The notes under the pieces were generated by a model. The model did no database searches, was not told where the DNA came from, and worked only from the letters and a program-made list of their open reading frames with translations. A DNA stretch of 64,000 bases from a virus. The translations under genes and the position numbers were made by a program. Below, piece by piece: positions 1 to 10,947 of this stretch; positions within the stretch are counted from its first letter, which is position 1, and each line of letters begins with the position of its first letter. The stretch is from the IMG/VR virus record IMGVR_UViG_3300046786_000686, positions 27,105 through 91,104 of that record; one strand, 5' to 3'.

Positions 1-1479
1 TTCTTTGAGCGTAAAAGACAAACGATCAAGAAGTATGTTGATGAGATGGTAGAGTTAGAAAAAACCATTAAAGGTTTATTTAATACGCTGCAAGAGATAC
101 GAGATACTAAAGAGAAGAATCACAAGAGAGTTGATGCAAATAAGTCAAATTTTGAAGCTTGGGCATCTAAACGGTTAAAATCAATGAAAGATGTGTTACA
201 CACACTTGTCACATGGATGAAACCAACACTGAATCGCATCAAGCAATGGATATCCAAAAAAATTAAACAAGTCACAGACTTTATCAAAAACGACTTGAAG
301 AAGTTTGAAGAGGATATTAAGGTGTTTGCCATAAACCTACTACCAATCAAGAGCGATCTGCAAGATAAGAAGGACGCTAAATTGGAAGCTGAGGCTAAGC
401 TACGAAAAATACGTGATAAGATCGCTAAGATTAAGAGATTAATCAAATTAGGATCCTTCGTGCAGAAAATGGTGAAAGGCTCATTAAAGCTGATTAATAA
501 CGTTTCTACGGGGAACATAAAATTGTCTGAGAATCAAAACCACATTGATACATTCTTAGATGGTTATTATGGTTTGAAGATAGAGCAATCACCAAAACAG
601 CAACCTACATTTATGGCTCAAAAGCGTAAGTTTAAGGATGAGTTTAAGGCTTTGCTTGTGATCGAAGCATTAGCATATGGTTTGATCGAAACTATCAAGG
701 ATATCAAAGACACGGATTTCAAAGCAGAGCTAGATCAGGTTATACAAAACGCCAAAAGTAATGCACCAGGAGTGGATACGATAAAAGCTATTCAAGCACT
801 AGCAACAAATCCACCTAAGGATTTCAACTCACTAAAATCAGGATTAGAGTCTTTGGGGACAGATATTCTAATAGACAGTTCTATAGCAACAAATATCCTG
901 AACCTTGAACGTAAGTATTTACTGAGAAGTCGTGAGGTTGTTAAGGTACTCTGTGATTCTAAGAAGATTAAGGATAGTAAATTTGCTCCCAAGTTAGAAA
1001 AGGTAAAGACAACGCTAGAGAAGAATCAATCATTCATCTTATTAGGTTTTAAGATGCTGAATGAGGAGCTTAAAAAGTTTGTAGCTTGGGTTAAGAAAAA
1101 GATTAAAAAGGTTGTGGATGCAATTAAGGTTAAATTGCAAGCAATTCGATCAAAGGTTGAAAAACAAGCTGAAGACGAAGCAAAGAAGTACATTGAAAAA
1201 AAGGTAAACCTAGAAGCACCTATAATGAGTGCCATAATGGGATTAGCAGCTCGAGCATTATGGACTGGTGCAACTTGGACCAGTGCAGCCGGAGTACAAC
1301 ACGTTTCACTAAACATTGGTGCATTCAAACCAATGAAAGCGAAGAGTACGGAAGGAGCTTCTGCGATGATTCGTGAAATGGCTAAAGGATTTGAAGCCCA
1401 GTTAACAGTGATGAGTGGTTTAGTCATTCCACCAGCTAATACTGGAATACCACCGCTACCATTTACGGGCTACAAATAA
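1..1479 (+). CDS. Large Lys-rich coiled-coil protein, 5'-truncated by the window edge
   Basis: Frame is open from base 1 (FFERKRQTIKKYVDEM...), so ATG 46 is probably internal. Helical K/E-rich body with a small C-terminal domain (LWTGATW...PPLPFTGY). Function unknown. Confidence 0.7.
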   Translation, partial: FFERKRQTIKKYVDEMVELEKTIKGLFNTLQEIRDTKEKNHKRVDANKSNFEAWASKRLKSMKDVLHTLVTWMKPTLNRIKQWISKKIKQVTDFIKNDLKKFEEDIKVFAINLLPIKSDLQDKKDAKLEAEAKLRKIRDKIAKIKRLIKLGSFVQKMVKGSLKLINNVSTGNIKLSENQNHIDTFLDGYYGLKIEQSPKQQPTFMAQKRKFKDEFKALLVIEALAYGLIETIKDIKDTDFKAELDQVIQNAKSNAPGVDTIKAIQALATNPPKDFNSLKSGLESLGTDILIDSSIATNILNLERKYLLRSREVVKVLCDSKKIKDSKFAPKLEKVKTTLEKNQSFILLGFKMLNEELKKFVAWVKKKIKKVVDAIKVKLQAIRSKVEKQAEDEAKKYIEKKVNLEAPIMSAIMGLAARALWTGATWTSAAGVQHVSLNIGAFKPMKAKSTEGASAMIREMAKGFEAQLTVMSGLVIPPANTGIPPLPFTGYK

Positions 1480-1489
1480 AACCGAACAC

Positions 1490-1497
1490 TATTTATA
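1490..1497 (+). promoter_or_regulatory. Putative late promoter TATTTATA
   Basis: Recurrent intergenic motif, 10 nt before ATG 1508. Confidence 0.7.
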
Positions 1498-1507
1498 TTA
1501 AAACGAG

Positions 1508-1945
1508 ATGAAAGGATCTGAATTTGTAAACCTTTTACGCAAAGTGATTCGTGAAGAAGTGCGATCAGTCGTAAAAGAAGAGCTAAAGCAAGCTCTCAAA
1601 CCAGTTATCGTCGAAAGTACAACAAAGGTTTCGAAGACAACTACACCAACTGCTCCAAAAAAAGCAGTACCAACAGCTAAAGCCCCTAAGTTTGAAGGAC
1701 CAATGGCAGGCATCTTAGCTGAAACCTACCAATCCATGTTAATGGACCCAGTAGAGGATCCAGAAGCGGAGTGGCCTGATATGAATATGGGTGGAATGAT
1801 GAGTAGCATGGTACAAGGACAACCCCAACCAATGTCACAAGGTGGAGTTGCTGCAATGAATCAGGAAGTGAACATGGATAGTTTAATGCGTGACTATTCT
1901 CATGTGTTGAAGGCATCTGAACAAAAGTCTCAAGGTAAATACTAA
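1508..1945 (+). CDS. Hypothetical protein with N-terminal LRKVIREEV motif (possible head-packaged protein)
   Basis: Follows the promoter motif; TAATG-coupled to the next gene. Confidence 0.7.
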   Translation: MKGSEFVNLLRKVIREEVRSVVKEELKQALKPVIVESTTKVSKTTTPTAPKKAVPTAKAPKFEGPMAGILAETYQSMLMDPVEDPEAEWPDMNMGGMMSSMVQGQPQPMSQGGVAAMNQEVNMDSLMRDYSHVLKASEQKSQGKY

Positions 1946-2370
1946 TGGCAATCGAAATAAAATTACATCCGCTTGATTTTGAACCAGACGTAGCTGTCGG
2001 TATTGATCTTCCTATGATTAGTGGAGTCGGTGCAGCTTTCAAAATGAACTATACAACATTGGATCAAGCAGTAGCAAACGCTAAAAACCTATTGTTAACC
2101 AATAAAGGTGAGCGTATCATGCAACCCGACTTTGGATGTGATTTAAGAAACACCTTGTTTGAAAATATCACAGAGGAGCTTACCGTAACAATGGAGAATA
2201 CCATTCGTGAGAGTTTTGATTATTGGCTTCCTTACATATTTATTAACAAGCTGACGATAACACCATACCCTGAGAATAACCGCATCAACATACTGATGGA
2301 GATAAGTCTAGAGGGTAATAAATTTGACACAAGATCAATCCAGCTTGAATTGACAAATACGAACGGATAA
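1945..2370 (+). CDS. Baseplate wedge subunit, T4 gp25 / P2 gpW-like
   Basis: NLLLTNKGERIMQPDFGCDL..LFE signature; 141 aa; precedes the gp6-like gene. Confidence 0.92.
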   Translation: MAIEIKLHPLDFEPDVAVGIDLPMISGVGAAFKMNYTTLDQAVANAKNLLLTNKGERIMQPDFGCDLRNTLFENITEELTVTMENTIRESFDYWLPYIFINKLTITPYPENNRINILMEISLEGNKFDTRSIQLELTNTNG

Positions 2371-2375
2371 ACACA

Positions 2376-4268
2376 ATGGCAAACATATCTAAAACAACAT
2401 CGAAAGATATTAAGTACCTTGGTAGGGACTTTGACTCTCTTAAAAAGGGATTGATTGACTTTGCCAGAATTTACTATCCAAACACATATAACGATTTTAA
2501 CGAAGCATCACCAGGAATGATGTTTGTTGAGATGGCTGCTTATGTTGGTGATGTGTTAAACTATTACGTTGATTCTCAATTTAAGGAGTCAATGCTCTTA
2601 CACGCTACCGAAACACGTAGTGTAATGTCTATTGCATCAGCAATGGGATATAAACCAAAAATGTCTACACCATCGATTGTAGACGTTGATATATTTCAAC
2701 TACTACCACCATCAGGAAGTGGTAATCAAACAGCACCCGACATGCGTTATGCATTGAAAGTTGAACCAGGAATGCGTTTGAGAAGTAGTGTAGGAAGTAC
2801 TGAGTTCATGGTTCAAAATAAAGTTGACTTCACAATCAATAATCAATTTGATCCAACCTCAATATCAGTCTACAAACTAGACGGTAGTGGTTTACCAGAA
2901 TACTACATGGCTAAAAAGACAGTCAAAGCTGTATCGGCTCAACCGAAAACAATGACTGTCGATGTTGGTTCACCTACTAAGTTTTTCAAGTTCCTGATCC
3001 AGGATACTAATCTAATTGGTATTGATTCTATTAAGGACGCTGATGGAAATATTTGGTATGAAGTGCCTTATCTAGCTCAAGATACTATTTTTGAAAAACT
3101 AGAAAATACAACATACAATGATCCTGATGCTGCTGTTTATAGTAGTGAGACACCTTATCTAATGAAACTGAAGCGTGTACCTAGAAGATTCATTTCTAGA
3201 ATCACTGAAGATGGGATTGAGGTTCAATTTGGATCAGGAGTGAGTTCGTCACCTGATGAAGAGTTGTTAGCAACTCCAGAAAATATCAGTTTATCCTTAC
3301 CGACTGGAAAAGATGATATTGATTGGTCGGTAGATCCAGCAGCTCCAGTTATTACAAAGGCTTATGGTATCGCTCCATCAAACACAACACTAACTGTAAC
3401 CTACTTAGTCGGTGGTGGTATCAGCTCAAATTCACCTAGCAATACAATCAATGAAATCATTAGCATAGATACAACGGGTACTAGTTTACCACAGACAAAT
3501 ACAACACTAAATGCAACAATCTTCAATTCGGTAGCTGTGAATAATCCAGTTGCTGCTTCTGGTGGACGTGGTGCAGAAACGTTGGATGAGATTCGTGAAA
3601 ATGCAATTGCACAATTAGCATCTCAGAATCGAGCGGTAACTAAGGAAGACTACATTGTAAGAGCTTATGCAATGCCAAATGTATTTGGTAGTGTTGCCAA
3701 AGTTTATATTAGCCCAGATGAGCAAAACAATATTCAATCGTCTGAGGTCAATGACACAGTTGCAAACCCATTAGCATTGAATATGTACATGCTTGGATAT
3801 GACAACAATAAGAACTGTGTTAAAGTAAACCGAGCTGTAAAAGAAAATCTAAAAACATACCTATCACAATATAGAATGTTGACGGACAGCATTAATTTTA
3901 GAGATGCGTACGTGATTAATATTGGAGTTGATTTTGATATTATTCCAATACCAAGCTTCAATGCAAATGAAGTAATCTTGGGTTGTGTAAATGCGTTGAA
4001 ATCGTACTTTGAAATCGATAGATGGCAGATTAACCAACCAATCGTGTTCAGTGATGTATTTAACACCTTACTCAAAGTTAATGGTGTACAAACTGTAACA
4101 GGAATTAAGATTAAAAATCTTAACGACGAACTGCAAGGATATAGTAATGTGTATTACGATATTCAAGAAGCTACCCGAAATGGAATAGTGTATCCTAGCT
4201 TGGATCCAGCCATATTCGAAGTTAAGTTTCCAAACAACGACATTAAAGGACGAGTAGTAACATTCTAA
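2376..4268 (+). CDS. Baseplate wedge subunit, T4 gp6 / baseplate J-like
   Basis: DFDSLK, YNDF..PGMMFVEMAAYVGDVL, GGRGAETLDEIR, QNRAVTKEDY motifs. Confidence 0.92.
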   Translation: MANISKTTSKDIKYLGRDFDSLKKGLIDFARIYYPNTYNDFNEASPGMMFVEMAAYVGDVLNYYVDSQFKESMLLHATETRSVMSIASAMGYKPKMSTPSIVDVDIFQLLPPSGSGNQTAPDMRYALKVEPGMRLRSSVGSTEFMVQNKVDFTINNQFDPTSISVYKLDGSGLPEYYMAKKTVKAVSAQPKTMTVDVGSPTKFFKFLIQDTNLIGIDSIKDADGNIWYEVPYLAQDTIFEKLENTTYNDPDAAVYSSETPYLMKLKRVPRRFISRITEDGIEVQFGSGVSSSPDEELLATPENISLSLPTGKDDIDWSVDPAAPVITKAYGIAPSNTTLTVTYLVGGGISSNSPSNTINEIISIDTTGTSLPQTNTTLNATIFNSVAVNNPVAASGGRGAETLDEIRENAIAQLASQNRAVTKEDYIVRAYAMPNVFGSVAKVYISPDEQNNIQSSEVNDTVANPLALNMYMLGYDNNKNCVKVNRAVKENLKTYLSQYRMLTDSINFRDAYVINIGVDFDIIPIPSFNANEVILGCVNALKSYFEIDRWQINQPIVFSDVFNTLLKVNGVQTVTGIKIKNLNDELQGYSNVYYDIQEATRNGIVYPSLDPAIFEVKFPNNDIKGRVVTF

Positions 4269-4270
4269 TT

Positions 4271-5359
4271 ATGGTAATAAGATTTTATCCAACAAAGGAC
4301 GCCACAATATACGAGGCAAACCCAAACAAGAATACTGGGTTGGATGCCATATTGGAGTTAAACAAGACTATCACAGCAACGGGAGCATACAACTCACGAA
4401 TGCTTCTAGGATTTGACTACAACACAATATCTTCCAGTATAGCTGCTCTAGGAGTTAATCCAAAGAGTTGTAGCTATGGTTTGAAATTGTACACAGCAAC
4501 AGCTGATGAGATTCCAACAGACTATACAATCTACGCGTACCCAATTGGTAACTCTTGGGATATGGGTGTTGGTAGGTCTTCAAACATTCCGATCACAACA
4601 ACTGGTGTAAGCTGGCTATATCGTGAATCTGAAGATATTCCTGCAACAGCGTGGCCAACAGCATCATTTCCAGCAGGAACCACCGGTTCTTGGAATAGTT
4701 CTGTAGGGGGTGGTATTTGGTATACTGGATCAGCTGCTTCACAATCGTATTCGTATACTACAACGGATATTGATATGGATGTCAATAACATTATGCATAG
4801 CGTTCAATCTGGTAGTATTCCGTTTTATGGTTTCCTTATCAAGAAGAGCGAGGCCGATGAAGCTTCAGCAAAGTTGTTTGGAAGCTTAAAATTCTTTAGT
4901 AAAGATACAAATACAGTTTATTTACCGGTACTTGAAGTTAAGTATGATGATAGTATAAATGCTCAATCATTAACGCAAATCAATGTAAACGAGGAGAATC
5001 GAATTATATTAACAAACTTAAAAAAGTCGTACCCGGAAAATTCAAGACCAATTTTTAGAATTTCGGCAAGACCGTTATATCCGCCGTACACATTCAGTAC
5101 TGTAGATCCTCACATGGTAGAATACAGACTACCAACTGGATCACAATATGCTGTGTATAGTGCTCAGAGTGAGGATGTTGTTATTGACTTTAGCAACTAC
5201 ACAAAGGTGAGTGACGACGCTGCAGGCAACTATATAAAATTGCACTTGGATAGTTTTCAACCAGAGAGATACTACAAACTATTGTTTAGAGTTCCTAATG
5301 GAGATGGTACATACGAGGTGTACGACAACAAGTGGATTTTCAAAGTTGCACGTAGCTAA
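4271..5359 (+). CDS. Virion protein with DNRLRE-like beta-sandwich N-terminus
   Basis: PTKDATIYE..PNKNTG...SRMLLGFD pattern and P.LEV.Y domain end; lies in the baseplate operon. Confidence 0.6.
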   Translation: MVIRFYPTKDATIYEANPNKNTGLDAILELNKTITATGAYNSRMLLGFDYNTISSSIAALGVNPKSCSYGLKLYTATADEIPTDYTIYAYPIGNSWDMGVGRSSNIPITTTGVSWLYRESEDIPATAWPTASFPAGTTGSWNSSVGGGIWYTGSAASQSYSYTTTDIDMDVNNIMHSVQSGSIPFYGFLIKKSEADEASAKLFGSLKFFSKDTNTVYLPVLEVKYDDSINAQSLTQINVNEENRIILTNLKKSYPENSRPIFRISARPLYPPYTFSTVDPHMVEYRLPTGSQYAVYSAQSEDVVIDFSNYTKVSDDAAGNYIKLHLDSFQPERYYKLLFRVPNGDGTYEVYDNKWIFKVARS

Positions 5360-8300
5360 TGAGGTTTCCAGACAATTCATTAAACGGTGATCTGAACGAT
5401 AACTTCGCTCCAAAAATATCAGGTAGCGTTGGTAGAATCCCTGTGTCCGATGTTAATGAAAATGAGACAGTTTACGATTTATTGCCAGTGATCATAAACA
5501 GACCACCAGTAATAACAAAGTCAATTTCAGAAGCTTCCTACCCACCAATCAAACCTTACACAGCAGCCAATGCTACTGGTGAGGCTATGTATCAGTTTCC
5601 AGATGGAACGGTAAAGATTAATCTAGGAGCTAAGGTAACTCTCAGAATCCAAGCAGAGCAACCACCAATACTTAACGTAGAAAATGGTGTGCCAACAATG
5701 ATCAAATCAACACAAGGTTTGACGTATATTTGGCGTAAAGATGGTCAGATGATTGTTTCTGAGTATCGAGAATCTTTAGCATCATCGGTAACTGTGAAGG
5801 GATCTGAGTTGGTGTTTGATAACATGCAACCGAGAGATGCTGGTGCCTATACGTGTGAAATATCAAATGACATTGGTAGTGTTTCCAGTGAACCAATCCA
5901 AGTAGAGGTGTTAAACCTCGACTTTGATTCATACTTTTACAGAAACCTCATCAAAAACCCATACGGATTAGATGGTACTAACGAGTGGTCAGCAAATAAC
6001 GATGATCTAACAACAAAAGCATTAGTTAAAACAGAATCGCCTCAGGACTTCATACAACCAAATAAAGTTAACCTATTTGGTTATACTATGGATATGATGC
6101 ATCCAAGACCTTATCAAATCGAACCTGGTGTAATTCAGGACTTGAAGATGACTGATACGTTCTTAAAACCAGGTGCTTCTTATTTTACAAGAACAAGGTA
6201 TAAGTTTGAAACTAAGGGAGGTTCTTTCTTAGTGAGAGCTTACCAAGATATTGATCTGTCAGACATTCAATGGCTGATAAGAGGTGGTGTATTTGGTGTA
6301 GAGGGTGTTAGAGCTTTCTTTAGTTGTTACATTGGTATGGCATTGCCATCCTTCATTCCAGTTAGAGAGTTGATCAGTCTCGATCAGCGTACTAAGGACA
6401 CTAACTATGTTATGAGTAGACCACGTATAAGTCCTCAAAACTTTTTAATGGCTGGTCCTTCTCAAGGTCCAAATGAGAATGTTAGTGTTTATTTTGAGGA
6501 ATACGATAATGAAACGCGTTTGACTTCAAAACTGATGCAAGAAGATGGTTCTGTTCGTGAGCAGAGTGATCGTGTTGCTTTTGTGGATCCATGGAGTAAA
6601 CGTATGTGGAAATATTGGGGTCAACAGTATTACAAGAATGATATATTTGGTTTAGGTGAAACCTCAAAAGGCGATGGAAGGGATGCAACACTCTTTACAG
6701 CTGATGAGTTATACCCAGATCAGAAAACACGATTTACATACGGTCAGTATGTTGAGTTTAATAAAGCGATCATTGCTAAGCTAAACCCACAAACAACAAA
6801 GGTACGAATCACGCTAAACTTTAATACCACGGACTGGCGTTTATTTGAAATGTGGCGAGATGCTTATGAGCAAGGTGATGAGATCCTTGATTTCGTTAGT
6901 TGGGAATCTCCATACGAAAGACATAAATGGACTAAGCCAGCATTGGATTGGGGTAAACTAATCATTCCACAATTGGTATCGGGTGATGCTGTGAAAGATC
7001 GTTTAAGTGCAGATCAACTAACAACGTATAAAAACAAACCAATAGCGGAAAAAGCTGGAGCAGCACAAGATCCTCGTGGAATGGTCACTGGCTTGAATCT
7101 TGCTTTATTGCCAGTACTGACTCAGCACAAAGATGCTACTAATTACTACACGTCTATAACTCTAGCACCAAACGAAACACCACAATCAAATTTAGAAAGT
7201 GGCTTGGTTGTTGGTAGGGATTATGATCCATACGGGCTTGCTACTAGAAAGCTTAATCTTCAATTTGGGTTCAAAACAAGTGCAACACCAAAATTAACCA
7301 ATTTGGGTAAGTTGGTAACCGAGCATAAATTGGAATTGGGTCTTAGTGTACAAAATCCAGGTCAAAAAAATTCTGTAAGACTTGACGTTGATGCGAATAG
7401 TCTATTACCATTTGCGCCAAATAAGAGTGTGTTCTACGAAAAGTCTCAAGTCCTTAAGCAAGCTGCTAGTGACATGACTGCTATGAGTAGTTACATAAAG
7501 TATAACACCACAAACAAGGCAGCAAAACCAGGAGCATTTAATACATACAAAAAACTAGCCCTTGATCCATTACACAAGGATAAGTACGTTCTTGTGGATG
7601 GTGGTGAAAGAGCACCACTACAAGGCGATGAAGAATCAAAAGTGTGGAATAATAAGGTCAGATTTGAGCTTTTATTTAGCTTACCAAGCTCTAGTGTGCA
7701 GCAAACGCAAATCTTCACTGTAACGACAGGAGCTCCTCAACCACCGATCTACCCGCATCTACAGAAATATGAGTTGACAGTAGATTTTTCAAATAAGAGT
7801 GATAAAAAAGTCTTATTAAAGAGAACAACTACAATGCCAGGTCAAGGAGGAGGTTCTTTTGAGTTGCCATATGAAATTGATCCGTACGGAAAATTAATAT
7901 GCACAATTCCAGACGGAGTTGTTTATGGTCCTGCTGCGTTAGGTGGATGGGGCTATACAGCCAATAAAGGTGATATTACGATAAACGACACGCCAATTAA
8001 CTTGCTGAAAGGATTAAAAGAGAGTATAATATCTTCAGGCGTTAGACAAGAAAAGGGTAAGGAAGTCTTGGATCATGTTGATACAATCATTGATAAGACT
8101 AAGGCAAGTTCACAAGCAATGATTTCGGGCTCAGTAACATACAACCAATTAAACACGCTAACCGCATATCGTACCCAACTAGAATCTTACCAAAAAGGAT
8201 TAGTTCAAAACATTAATCAATCTTTATATAAAGGTGTAGAGGAGGTTTGTAAGACATCCATAGTAGTAAAATGGACTGACTTGCAAGGTGCACCAAAACT

Positions 8301-8466
8301 AAGAAACACTACTGAGATGCCATCTTTGATAGGCGTTAGACCAGTTCCATATAGTGACACAGAAGATTTAGGAGGCAGTCCTTCCTATGGTGAGGATGAG
8401 TTTGGTCTAAGCTATGCAATCAACTACCTACCAATCAAAGATTCTGGCTGGGGAACCTACAATTAG
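5359..8466 (+). CDS. Large virion protein: Ig-like domain + FBA/galactose-binding-like domain with insertions
   Basis: LTYIWRKDG...DAGAYTCEISN Ig signature followed by RNLIKNPYG..W and QDIDL; paralogue of the next gene. Confidence 0.65.
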   Translation: MRFPDNSLNGDLNDNFAPKISGSVGRIPVSDVNENETVYDLLPVIINRPPVITKSISEASYPPIKPYTAANATGEAMYQFPDGTVKINLGAKVTLRIQAEQPPILNVENGVPTMIKSTQGLTYIWRKDGQMIVSEYRESLASSVTVKGSELVFDNMQPRDAGAYTCEISNDIGSVSSEPIQVEVLNLDFDSYFYRNLIKNPYGLDGTNEWSANNDDLTTKALVKTESPQDFIQPNKVNLFGYTMDMMHPRPYQIEPGVIQDLKMTDTFLKPGASYFTRTRYKFETKGGSFLVRAYQDIDLSDIQWLIRGGVFGVEGVRAFFSCYIGMALPSFIPVRELISLDQRTKDTNYVMSRPRISPQNFLMAGPSQGPNENVSVYFEEYDNETRLTSKLMQEDGSVREQSDRVAFVDPWSKRMWKYWGQQYYKNDIFGLGETSKGDGRDATLFTADELYPDQKTRFTYGQYVEFNKAIIAKLNPQTTKVRITLNFNTTDWRLFEMWRDAYEQGDEILDFVSWESPYERHKWTKPALDWGKLIIPQLVSGDAVKDRLSADQLTTYKNKPIAEKAGAAQDPRGMVTGLNLALLPVLTQHKDATNYYTSITLAPNETPQSNLESGLVVGRDYDPYGLATRKLNLQFGFKTSATPKLTNLGKLVTEHKLELGLSVQNPGQKNSVRLDVDANSLLPFAPNKSVFYEKSQVLKQAASDMTAMSSYIKYNTTNKAAKPGAFNTYKKLALDPLHKDKYVLVDGGERAPLQGDEESKVWNNKVRFELLFSLPSSSVQQTQIFTVTTGAPQPPIYPHLQKYELTVDFSNKSDKKVLLKRTTTMPGQGGGSFELPYEIDPYGKLICTIPDGVVYGPAALGGWGYTANKGDITINDTPINLLKGLKESIISSGVRQEKGKEVLDHVDTIIDKTKASSQAMISGSVTYNQLNTLTAYRTQLESYQKGLVQNINQSLYKGVEEVCKTSIVVKWTDLQGAPKLRNTTEMPSLIGVRPVPYSDTEDLGGSPSYGEDEFGLSYAINYLPIKDSGWGTYN

Positions 8467-8476
8467 TTTTCCTCGA

Positions 8477-8484
8477 TATTTAAT
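8477..8484 (+). promoter_or_regulatory. Variant late promoter TATTTAAT
   Basis: Intergenic, 5 nt before ATG 8490; deviates from consensus at the 3' end. Confidence 0.45.
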
Positions 8485-8489
8485 AGTAG

Positions 8490-10913
8490 ATGGAGTCCAA
8501 GAGAGTCATAAAGTTATCGGCGTACCCGCAAGAAAAAGCCATTAGAGCAGGTGAGTTTTCATTAATGCCCTCTAATCCAGCACTTCCTGCAATTGTATCT
8601 CAGCCAATACAAAACTTTCAGCAGTATACGTGGATTATGGGAGATGATAATGGTACTCCAAAATACCAACAAATCACACCAAACTATAGTACAATTAATT
8701 TGATTGAAGGTACATCATTCAGCTTCGAAGTTAGAGCTATTGATCCATCCAATGTATCAGATATAAACAACACTAGCAACCTTCTATTTTTATGGAAAAG
8801 GGATGATGCGCCGGTGTTTGAGCTTAATAGATTAAATGGTGGAGTAGGTACTCCTGCTGCCATGATCGAATCGAAGGATAGTAATATAACACTGACCGGT
8901 CGTTATTTGTGTGAAGTATCAAATAACTACGGTTCAGTAGAATCACAAGCGTTTACATTAAACGTAATTGATCCATACAAACACCCTAAGCTATACAAAA
9001 ACCTAGTAATTAATGGTGATGGTGAGGGTGGTTTACAAAATTGGGAAGGTTCCGAGATTAAAGTCAATCCATTTCTAAACGACGTATCAATCACTAAAGG
9101 TTTTGGATCTTTTAGAATGGGTAACTTTTCAATGTTAGATCAAAACAAAGATGTAACTGGAACACCACCAGTAGGGTTTTATTTTAGTTTGGCTGGTCAT
9201 GGTGGATTATTCTATAACCACTACAAAAAGCGTCTAGATGCAGATCCAACATTTTCAAGCATAGATGTGCTATCTAAATCTCGTGACGTATTATCAGAAT
9301 TTGATAGATGGGTTTCGGAAGGAATACCACCACAAATTATACCAAACGAAGACTTCAATCAAGCACCGTATGCAGCATTCTTTCCAGGCATAGCTTGGAT
9401 GGATAGATACAACAAGAATACAGGTAGCAATCTGATCGGATTGCAGTCAGAGTTCAAAAATCACACCCCAACATACTTCACAAGAGATAAGATCAAATTC
9501 TTAAAGGTGGGTGGATTAGCCACAGCTCGAATGAGTCAGGTTGTTGATATTAGTGAGGCATCAGAATTGGTTGATGGCAATGTATATGGAGTTAACCAAA
9601 TCGTATCACAGTTTTTTGCTTATGTTGGTGTTGGTATAAGTAACTACACAATAAAAGTACAAACTACAGATGGTCCAAAAACGCTAAACTACTACGTAGC
9701 GGATTCTGAAGAGGTCTACACTAGAGTTGTAGGTTCTGATAATGCAGCTGTTACGGCACCTAAGGATGATGATAGAGCTAAGAAGCTCAAATCACCAGGA
9801 CATTTGTATACGCTACTACCAAACACACCAATCGAAGTAGTACCACATTGCTACGATAAAACACAAATTACACTTGAGTATGTTGGTGCTAATAACAGTG
9901 TGTTGAAAGTACAAGAGGTTAATGGTCCTCGAGAGAGGGATATATGGGCTGTAAAAGAGAAGGTGTTTTTTCCACTAACTTTGTATGGATTGTATGAGTA
10001 CATTAATCCAAGTAGTACGGGTAACGATATTACTGTATTTGGTCAAAAATACACAAACACTAATGATATCAAAGTGATGTTTGATAGATCAAACGCACAA
10101 ACAGAATTATTCTTACACCCATCAAAAAAGACCTTCACAAAGGCTACGCTGAAAGATGTTGCAGCTAGATTCTTATTAAATAAATGGGACTTTGAGACAT
10201 GGCAAAATGCATACCCTGGACCAATTTGGTTTGCTAACAATAAACGATACAAAGCTGCAAACGATTTTGGCGCAGCTGCAATGTTTGGTGTGGGAGCTGA
10301 TACAGTAGTGCCACGAGGTACAAGATCAATTCGAATCTCTGTAGCTTTTGATCACACATCACCAGTAATAACGGATAATGATCCGGCATCTAAAGGATGG
10401 AAGAGTGATTATATTTATGTTGATGATTTTGGTAATCACAACTCAACTAGCATAAGAACTACCGAATATGGAAATCCTAGATGTGGTATTACAAAGATTA
10501 AACTACAGCTGTTCCCAAATAAAGTAGAGGTTAGTGATAAGTCGCTATCATATAGCATACCACCAACACAAGCTACAGTACTAGGTTTGCAAAAACAATT
10601 ATACCAAGATCCATCAGCATTCAACACTGGTGATGCCGAAGGTTTCCAGTATAGAATACTGCTACCAAAACAACTTCCAGCAGCAGATACTCAACCAGAC
10701 ACATTGATGACTTTGAAATCATACAACACATACATAAATAAAGTTATGGAAGATGCGTCAAAAGCATCAACTCAATATCCTGATGGTGTACCAGATGAAG
10801 TTATCCCAACAACAGATGAGATTACAGCACAGGAAGATGATCACTATACGACTGGAGACTTTAACCAATCTTTAGAGATTTCAGAAGATCAGATTGATCC
10901 TGGTATGGAGTAA
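8490..10913 (+). CDS. Virion protein: Ig-like + FBA/galactose-binding-like domain (paralogue of 5359..8466)
   Basis: FLWKRDD...GRYLCEVSNNYGS, KNLVINGDGEGGLQNW, YFTR, SQVVDIS. Confidence 0.65.
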   Translation: MESKRVIKLSAYPQEKAIRAGEFSLMPSNPALPAIVSQPIQNFQQYTWIMGDDNGTPKYQQITPNYSTINLIEGTSFSFEVRAIDPSNVSDINNTSNLLFLWKRDDAPVFELNRLNGGVGTPAAMIESKDSNITLTGRYLCEVSNNYGSVESQAFTLNVIDPYKHPKLYKNLVINGDGEGGLQNWEGSEIKVNPFLNDVSITKGFGSFRMGNFSMLDQNKDVTGTPPVGFYFSLAGHGGLFYNHYKKRLDADPTFSSIDVLSKSRDVLSEFDRWVSEGIPPQIIPNEDFNQAPYAAFFPGIAWMDRYNKNTGSNLIGLQSEFKNHTPTYFTRDKIKFLKVGGLATARMSQVVDISEASELVDGNVYGVNQIVSQFFAYVGVGISNYTIKVQTTDGPKTLNYYVADSEEVYTRVVGSDNAAVTAPKDDDRAKKLKSPGHLYTLLPNTPIEVVPHCYDKTQITLEYVGANNSVLKVQEVNGPRERDIWAVKEKVFFPLTLYGLYEYINPSSTGNDITVFGQKYTNTNDIKVMFDRSNAQTELFLHPSKKTFTKATLKDVAARFLLNKWDFETWQNAYPGPIWFANNKRYKAANDFGAAAMFGVGADTVVPRGTRSIRISVAFDHTSPVITDNDPASKGWKSDYIYVDDFGNHNSTSIRTTEYGNPRCGITKIKLQLFPNKVEVSDKSLSYSIPPTQATVLGLQKQLYQDPSAFNTGDAEGFQYRILLPKQLPAADTQPDTLMTLKSYNTYINKVMEDASKASTQYPDGVPDEVIPTTDEITAQEDDHYTTGDFNQSLEISEDQIDPGME

Positions 10914-10929
10914 GAACTCAAACGCTTCA

Positions 10930-10937
10930 TATTTATA
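10930..10937 (+). promoter_or_regulatory. Putative late promoter TATTTATA
   Basis: Intergenic, 10 nt before GTG 10948. Confidence 0.7.
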
Positions 10938-10947
10938 TTAAAATCGC

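Noticed and set aside
2237-2244. TATTTATT inside the gp25-like gene
   Set aside because: About 130 nt from the next start and within codons (YIFI). It may be chance in AT-rich DNA, so it was not counted.
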